From Myxococcota bacterium (GTDB lineage: Bacteria; Myxococcota_A; Polyangia; Nannocystales; Nannocystaceae): a DNA stretch of 64,000 nt. Location: NCBI GenBank assembly GCA_039028615.1, contig JBCCHT010000029.1, positions 64,001-128,000 on the forward strand, given 5' to 3'. The notes beneath the pieces are model-generated. The model was not told the origin of the DNA. It worked only from the letters and a program-made list of their open reading frames with translations, and made no database searches. Made by a program: the position numbers and the translations under genes. This document shows positions 58,271 to 64,000 of the stretch, one piece after another (within the stretch, counting starts at the first letter, position 1; each line of letters begins with the position of its first letter).

Positions 58271-60406
58271 CTACGGCCGGAACGGGAAGCCGGCCGAGAA
58301 CCCGGCGACGAAGGTCACGCCCTCGTTGGCGAAATCCGGGACGCCGTCGATCTTCTTGCGGGCGCTCCACTGCTGGCGCACGCCGATCACGATCGACGCG
58401 TAGTTGGTGATGCGAGCCTCGAGCCCGGCATGGAGTTCGAAGCCCGGGCGCGCCACCACGTCGACCAAGCGCTCGCTGTTGAACCGGTCGTAGTCCAGTC
58501 GGATGACGTCGAGCCCGAAGCCCAGCCCGGCGTAGGGGCGCAGCGGGAAGCGGTCGAAGAGATAGACGTTGCCACCCAGGAACAGGGGCACGGTCGTGTA
58601 GTTGAACGCCTCGGCGTCCCCGGTGAGTTTTCCGGTGTCGCGGTTGAAGGTCGCCACGCCGCCCTCGTAGCCGGTGCGGAAGTACCCGAGCCAGCGCGGA
58701 TAGTCGCTGCGGCTGCGGGCCTCGAACAGCTGCCACCGCACGTCGAAGCCCCGCTGCTGATGGCACAGGTTGCCGTCGGTGGGCACGAGGCAGGCTCGGG
58801 TGTCGTTGGCGGTGAAGCGCGTGGTGGAGGGCGATAGATCCGAGCGGCGGTTGAACGGCGTGAACGTGGTGCCGAAGTACAGGCCACCCCAGGTGCGCTT
58901 GTGCGGCATGCGAATGCGCCGACGAGGCCGGTCGTCGTCATCGTCGTCATCGTCGTCGGTGATGATCTCGACCGACTCGCCGTCGACCGACACGACCACT
59001 CTGTCCGGCCCGTGCTCCTGCTCGAGCGCATCCTCGGGCGCCGCGGTCTCGGTGATGCTCGAGCCCTCGGTCGGCCCCTGCCAGCGCGGCTCGGCCACCG
59101 CCAACAGCCCGCGCTGCGACGTATAGCCGTTGTAGTAGCCCGGGCCGAAGGGCGTGGAGAACAAGCCTCGGCGGAATGCTTGATCGAGCGACCCGCGAGC
59201 GGCCGAAGCGGCGGGCGTGAACCCCAAGTGATGGGCGAACAGCACGCCCCGCTGGTCGGACGCCAGCTGGGCCTCTTGTCGCTCTTGGTCGCCTTCCTGC
59301 CGGGAGATGAACAGCTCGCCGTCGGGGATCCGCAGGTAGCCGTATTGCTCGCCCGTGCGATGCAAATCGGCCAGGCGAACGCCGCGGGAATCCTCGATGG
59401 TGTAGCGGCTCTGATCGCCGGGGCCGAAGAGCAGGACCCGATGGTCGGCGACTCGACCGTGCTCGACGACCGACGCTCGCTGGTCGTCGACGGGCGGGCG
59501 GACCACGACCTCGAGCCGCGCCCGCGGATCGTCGACGCCGTGGTTGGCGGCGGAGACGAAGCCCCCCAGCTCGCTGTACTCGATGCGACCGTCGCCGTTG
59601 AGGTCGGCGCCCCCGCGCAGGCCGCTGACCAGCTCGTGGGTGAAGATGCCGCCGCGATAGCGGTCCCACTCGTGGGTCTGCTGATCGGCCGAGTGCGCCA
59701 GGATGACTCCCGTGTTGGGGAACCCGCCCAGGTGGCTCTTGTCGAGGTACTCCTCGACCGAGCGGCTTAGATCGACGGTGGAGCGATCGGGCTTCCAGTC
59801 CTTGCCGCGCGAGAGCACGAACTGCTCGCTGCGGCAGGCGTCGATGATGATGTGGTTGTGGTCGGCGACGGAGCGCGACAGCAGCTTGCCGAACAGCTTC
59901 TTGCGGGTGAGCTTGGCGTCGTCGAGGGTCAAGAAGCCCTGGCCGTCGGGGCCCACGTCGCCGTGGCCCGAGTAGTAGACGAGCAGCTCGACCTCGTCGC
60001 CGCGCTCCTTGGCCCGCTTCATGCGGCCGAGCAGCGCGGTATAGCCCGACTCGAGCCCCGCGTCGTCGGGGCGATGCGCCCGCGAGACCAGCCCGGGAAA
60101 CAGCGCCTGGCTGTCGCGATCGAGCTGCGTCACCAGCTCGGTATCCACGCCCAGCTCGACCAGTAGCTCGGCGATCCGAGCCGCGTCGTCATCGGCGAAG
60201 CGCAGCGGGTCTTGGCTCGGATCGAGGGTGTGGTTGCTCCCGATCACCAGAGCAAAGCGCCGGGTCGACGCTTCGGCCGCCTCGGGGCTCGGCGACTCGG
60301 CCTCGGGTTCCACGGCCCGAGCATCCGCGGAAGTTCCGATCGAGACGAGCCCGCCCGCGAGCAGGGACAGGGCGAGGGCACAGCGGCGAAGGCGGAAATC
60401 GAACAT
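58271..60406 (-). CDS. Secreted caspase-like (C14) peptidase with C-terminal outer-membrane beta-barrel
   Basis: Signal peptide; RRFALVIGSN, YYSGHG (His), IIDACRS (Cys), GGIFTHEL, EF-hand-like DLNGDGRIEYSE; C-terminal strands PYAGLGFG, GFELHAGLE and FVAGFSAGF. Confidence 0.88.
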   Translation of the reverse strand: MFDFRLRRCALALSLLAGGLVSIGTSADARAVEPEAESPSPEAAEASTRRFALVIGSNHTLDPSQDPLRFADDDAARIAELLVELGVDTELVTQLDRDSQALFPGLVSRAHRPDDAGLESGYTALLGRMKRAKERGDEVELLVYYSGHGDVGPDGQGFLTLDDAKLTRKKLFGKLLSRSVADHNHIIIDACRSEQFVLSRGKDWKPDRSTVDLSRSVEEYLDKSHLGGFPNTGVILAHSADQQTHEWDRYRGGIFTHELVSGLRGGADLNGDGRIEYSELGGFVSAANHGVDDPRARLEVVVRPPVDDQRASVVEHGRVADHRVLLFGPGDQSRYTIEDSRGVRLADLHRTGEQYGYLRIPDGELFISRQEGDQERQEAQLASDQRGVLFAHHLGFTPAASAARGSLDQAFRRGLFSTPFGPGYYNGYTSQRGLLAVAEPRWQGPTEGSSITETAAPEDALEQEHGPDRVVVSVDGESVEIITDDDDDDDDDRPRRRIRMPHKRTWGGLYFGTTFTPFNRRSDLSPSTTRFTANDTRACLVPTDGNLCHQQRGFDVRWQLFEARSRSDYPRWLGYFRTGYEGGVATFNRDTGKLTGDAEAFNYTTVPLFLGGNVYLFDRFPLRPYAGLGFGLDVIRLDYDRFNSERLVDVVARPGFELHAGLEARITNYASIVIGVRQQWSARKKIDGVPDFANEGVTFVAGFSAGFPFRP

Positions 60407-60427
60407 GGTGACTCCGGGACCGAACGA

Positions 60428-61321
60428 CTAGCGAGGGGCGAGGGGCAAGGCCAGCTCGGCGGCGTGGCAATCGGATGGCGAGGGGCAGACGCGGGCGAGA
60501 CTGCTTTGGTTCACCCGTTGGACCCACGGACGGTCCCCGGGATTCGCGGCGGACTGTGACGCGAGTTCCATCGTCCACTCGCGCACCTGCTCGACGGTGG
60601 GGACCGAGGGCGAGACGAGGGCGTAGACCCGCAGCGGTCCGGCCGAGTGATTGACGGACAGGCGCACCGACATGGGCGCCGCGTGCCAGCGTCCCGGCAC
60701 GATGTCGACCGCCGCCGCGTCGACCGGCGTGGGCGCATAGAACATGGGGTCGCCCTCGGCGTCGACTCCGAAGAGCGTCAGGTGACCGTCGACCTCCGGC
60801 TCGACCCGGTAGGCAAAGCCCAAGACGTCGGCCAAGCCGCACTCGCGCACGCGCAGCGATCGTTCCGAGCCCAGCTCGGTCGCGCACAGGACCTCGATGC
60901 CCAGCGACCCGGTGGAGGCCTGGCCCCGCGCTTGCCAGCCGTCGTTGCGGCCCTCCCACCAGGGCTGCAGCGAGTCCCCGTCACGGATGGGGCTCACCCA
61001 CAGCAGCACCAACGCGGCCATCAAGGCTCCGGCCAGGGCGGCCCAGGGGCGACGGCTGCGCTCGGCGACCGTCTCCGCCTCGGGGGCGGTCCCCCACTCG
61101 TCGGCCAGCCAGCGCCCCACGATGTCGACCTCGGAGGGGGCAAAGGCGCTGTCGCCCTCGAAGATCCGCAGCGCCGCCACGGCTCGGTCGTAGCGCGCCC
61201 GGGCGGCCTCGTCCTCGCGGAGCCGGGCGTGCAGACGGGCGCGCTTGCGCGGCGACAGCCCGTCGGTGAGCTCGCGCTCGATCAACCGATCGAGGGCTGC
61301 GTCGCTGAGGCCCCGGGTCAT
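60428..61321 (-). CDS. Membrane-anchored anti-sigma-factor-like protein with periplasmic domain
   Basis: N-terminal LSPRKRARLHARLREDEAARARY (zf-HC2-like fold without Cys), TM PWAALAGALMAALVLLWV, WQARG, and a beta-rich DUF4384-like domain. ATGA-coupled to the sigma gene. Confidence 0.75.
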   Translation of the reverse strand: MTRGLSDAALDRLIERELTDGLSPRKRARLHARLREDEAARARYDRAVAALRIFEGDSAFAPSEVDIVGRWLADEWGTAPEAETVAERSRRPWAALAGALMAALVLLWVSPIRDGDSLQPWWEGRNDGWQARGQASTGSLGIEVLCATELGSERSLRVRECGLADVLGFAYRVEPEVDGHLTLFGVDAEGDPMFYAPTPVDAAAVDIVPGRWHAAPMSVRLSVNHSAGPLRVYALVSPSVPTVEQVREWTMELASQSAANPGDRPWVQRVNQSSLARVCPSPSDCHAAELALPLAPR

Positions 61322-62049
61322 CGCAGCACCCCTCCCAAAAGCTCGGCCAACGAGGCGCCCATCAGCGGCAGGACCAGGCTCGCGGGGACCAGCCCCTCTT
61401 CGCCTTGCTTGCGCAAGAAACGGAGCATCTGCTGGCGGAGCTTGGTCTCGCGACCCCGCACGCGTTGCCGACCCAGCCCCAGGGCGTCGGCCGCATCGCG
61501 CTGCGACTTGCCTTCGACGAAGCGCAGCTCGAGCAACCGGCGATCGTCTTTGGGTAGCGTGTCCAAAAAGCGCTGCACCACGCCGCGAATCTGCGCTCGG
61601 CCGACCTCTTGCTCGGGTGTCTCACGCGTCTCGTCGACGATCTCGATGGAGGAATCGGCGGCCTCGCCGTCCTCGCGAACCTCGGGGAACTGGACCTCCC
61701 GGGCCCGAAACCCGCGGAGCACCACGTTGCGAGCGATGGCCCGCAGGTAGGGACCGTAGGGGCGCAGACCGTCGTAACGCTCGCGCGCGCGCGGCTCGAA
61801 GGCGCGGCGGAAGGTCTCGTGCAGGGCGTCGTGAAGCTCGAAGGCGGAGCGGTAGCCGACGAAGCGGTGATGACGACCCGCCGACTGGAAGCTGAAGCCG
61901 TAGCGGAGCTGGGCGGTCACATCGTCGGCGTGGCGGCGATAGACCTCGCCCATCGCCGAGGTGCGCCCTTCGCGGAAGTCGCGTAGAAGGCCCCAGGACC
62001 ACCCATTGGGCGCGATCTCGGACGGAGCGGGCGAAGACGACACGGGCAC
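61318..62049 (-). CDS. ECF sigma-70 factor
   Basis: VYRRH, DALHETFRRAF, YLRAIARN and region 4 (LPKDDRRLLELRFVEGKSQRDAADALG). Confidence 0.88.
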   Translation of the reverse strand: MPVSSSPAPSEIAPNGWSWGLLRDFREGRTSAMGEVYRRHADDVTAQLRYGFSFQSAGRHHRFVGYRSAFELHDALHETFRRAFEPRARERYDGLRPYGPYLRAIARNVVLRGFRAREVQFPEVREDGEAADSSIEIVDETRETPEQEVGRAQIRGVVQRFLDTLPKDDRRLLELRFVEGKSQRDAADALGLGRQRVRGRETKLRQQMLRFLRKQGEEGLVPASLVLPLMGASLAELLGGVLR

Positions 62050-62236
62050 GACTCTCCCTTCTATTCAGCCGGACCGCACTTGGGTTGGGAATCTTTGCGG
62101 TCGGCCCGGAGCATTGACCCAGATCTATGGAATCACGGCGTTTTTGACAAACCCTGGGGCCAACGATTCCGGGCCACGGTAGCGGCTCGGGCGCCCGCTA
62201 CCGCGCGGCCCCATCCTGCTACGCTCCGTCGGAAGC

Positions 62237-64000
62237 GTGCCCCACCCTGCCTCGGGCGGCCAGACGCCGTCGCAAGCCGAGCTCGACCTGTTGGCCGACG
62301 GGCGCGAGTACCTGGAGCGCTGGTCCCAATCCCCGCGCTTTCGGTACCTGTACCCCGAAGGACCCAACCTGGCGATCTTGCTCGAGGCCTACCAGGTCCT
62401 CGACCGGCGTCGCGTGGTGGGGCGGATCCGCCGGAAGCCGAAGACCGAGGCCCGGGCGCTGCGTCGGATCATTCGTCGGCTCGCGCATCACGACGCCATT
62501 GCTCGGCAGCGTCGGCTGCTGTGGCGCTACCCGCCCGCCCGGCTTCGTCCGCCGCGGGTGCAGCCGCCGCTGGTGCACCGCGCCTTGGGCCAGGTCGACC
62601 TCGATGCGCAGGCGTTGGTGCAGGCCCGCATCACGGGAGACTGGGCCCCGCCCGATCCAGGCACCACGCTGACCACCGAGGCCACCCGGGAGCAACGCGG
62701 CCTGGATCAATTCAGGGACGCGCTGGTCAACGAGGCCCTCGCCCACCCCGACGGCCTCGCGCGCCTGCACCCGCAGTTCCTGCTCTTCGCCACCTCGGCC
62801 GCGCCGCTCAAGCGTCGCTACCCCATCGCCAGCTTCCTGCTGGTCAAGCTGCCCTTCCGCTTGGTGATGGGGCTGTTCATCCTGCTGACCACGCTGTACC
62901 TGTCGGCCTACGCCCTGTTCAACGACGAACGGCTCGGTTCGTTCGTGGGCACGCAGGTCAGCGGCTTGGTGGAGGGCGAGCTGGAGATGGGCAGCATCCA
63001 CTGGGAGCTGCCGCTCATCGTCGACCTGATCACGGGCACGCCGACCCACGTGGTGGTGGAAGACGTGTCGATCTGGGAGGCCTACGACAGCTTCGGCGGG
63101 GAACGGACCCGTCGCACCGCGTTCGCCCGCCGCCTCGAGGCCAACCTCGTGCTGCACGAGATCATCCCTTGGAACCGCTTGGGGGTCCCGCCTGCGCTCG
63201 AGATTCCATGGGTCCTGCACTTCACCGACGTGCAGTCGGAAAACACGGCGTGGTTCATCGTGCGCGAGTACGACGACGTCGACGACGAGGGGCAGACGCA
63301 CACGCTGATGAGCCTGCTCGACGCGTTCCGCCCGGTGGAGCCGGGGGATGGGACCAAGCGCGGGCTGAGCTTTCAGATCGACCACGCCGAGTTCCACGAG
63401 GCGATCCTCGACGTCGACTTCATGCACGGCCTCGAAGGATGGCGGGCGCTGGCCGACATCGAGAAGCTGAGCCTGGCGCTGGGCTTCGAGTCCCCGCCGG
63501 TCGAGGTCGGTACGCCCCCCATCCTGCCGCTGCGCTTCGACGTGGGCGGCACTATCGAGCGCGGTAGCTTCGCGCTCGACGACATCGAGGTACCGCTGGC
63601 CGACTTCGAACTGGAGCGGCTGTCCTGCGGGATGAACGAGACCCCGCTCGGAGATGTCGGGTTCATGGGCCAAGGCGGCGCAGGCGGGTCCCCGCTGACG
63701 CTGCGGGGCACGCTGCGGGACGCGTTCACCCGGGCGCTGCAGCCCGAGCTCGAGCCCCTGCCTGGCGACGCCGACGTGACATGGGGAGACTCGGCGTATG
63801 TCGTGCTCGACGCGGGCAGTCACGAGCCGGCCGAGCTGGCCTCGCACATCGAAGGCGAGCTCGGGCTGGCCCCGGACACGTTGAGCGCCGAAGATGCGGC
63901 CTTGTGGGCCCGCGTGGAGGGGCCGCTGAGCGATACCCGGTTCCACGTCGCGGCCGAAGGCCTGTCGCTCGACCTGATGGGGGAGCCAGCGTGGACGATG
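62237..64000 (+). CDS. Large AsmA/TamB-like membrane-anchored protein (5' part; runs off window end)
   Basis: Not in the ORF track. The frame from GTG 62237 appears open to the window end. About 200-aa N-terminal region, TM LVMGLFILLTTLYLSAYALF, then LGSFVGTQVSGLVEGELEMGSIHW and continuous beta-rich sequence. Confidence 0.65.
   Translation, partial: MPHPASGGQTPSQAELDLLADGREYLERWSQSPRFRYLYPEGPNLAILLEAYQVLDRRRVVGRIRRKPKTEARALRRIIRRLAHHDAIARQRRLLWRYPPARLRPPRVQPPLVHRALGQVDLDAQALVQARITGDWAPPDPGTTLTTEATREQRGLDQFRDALVNEALAHPDGLARLHPQFLLFATSAAPLKRRYPIASFLLVKLPFRLVMGLFILLTTLYLSAYALFNDERLGSFVGTQVSGLVEGELEMGSIHWELPLIVDLITGTPTHVVVEDVSIWEAYDSFGGERTRRTAFARRLEANLVLHEIIPWNRLGVPPALEIPWVLHFTDVQSENTAWFIVREYDDVDDEGQTHTLMSLLDAFRPVEPGDGTKRGLSFQIDHAEFHEAILDVDFMHGLEGWRALADIEKLSLALGFESPPVEVGTPPILPLRFDVGGTIERGSFALDDIEVPLADFELERLSCGMNETPLGDVGFMGQGGAGGSPLTLRGTLRDAFTRALQPELEPLPGDADVTWGDSAYVVLDAGSHEPAELASHIEGELGLAPDTLSAEDAALWARVEGPLSDTRFHVAAEGLSLDLMGEPAWTM

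Noticed and set aside
62219..63946. 575-aa minus-strand ORF
   Set aside because: Antisense shadow of the plus-strand AsmA/TamB-like gene, which has a TM helix and protein-like composition.
57732..64000. Genomic island integrated at tRNA-fMet
   Set aside because: No integrase, no duplicated tRNA 3' end seen, and composition resembles the host.

Overview
High-GC chromosomal window from a myxobacterium. The inference is Myxococcota, most likely Nannocystaceae-like, based on three eukaryotic-type Ser/Thr kinases, a kinase-TPR/ECF pair, a tgl-like gene, many Cys-rich lipoproteins and a Dsg-like IF3. Core genes are tRNA-Val(GAC)-infC-rpmI-rplT-pheS-pheT (partial), an acyl-CoA ligase, hutH, tgl-RodZ-like HTH-mgtE-recO, tex and an initiator tRNA-fMet. 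Poorly characterised modules lie between them: (i) a Ser/Thr kinase / TPR-membrane protein / FHA-GAF-sigma54 activator / two paralogous lipoproteins / Cys-rich lipoprotein run, continuing into a 1567-aa DEAD-box helicase made mostly of charge-patterned disorder; (ii) an RCC1-propeller plus di-heme (DHOR) lipoprotein pair behind a Fur-like AT-rich box; (iii) an Rpn/YadD-like PD-(D/E)XK gene with a candidate internal start; (iv) an M1-aminopeptidase-like domain lacking its metal ligands, fused to an Omp85-like barrel, next to a GT-C glycosyltransferase; (v) two very large propeller/Cys-rich lipoproteins after recO; (vi) an ECF sigma / membrane anti-sigma / secreted caspase-beta-barrel module divergent from an AsmA/TamB-like gene (partial). 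No rRNA, CRISPR array, integrase or intact IS was seen. All family calls come from motif recognition by eye, not database searches.
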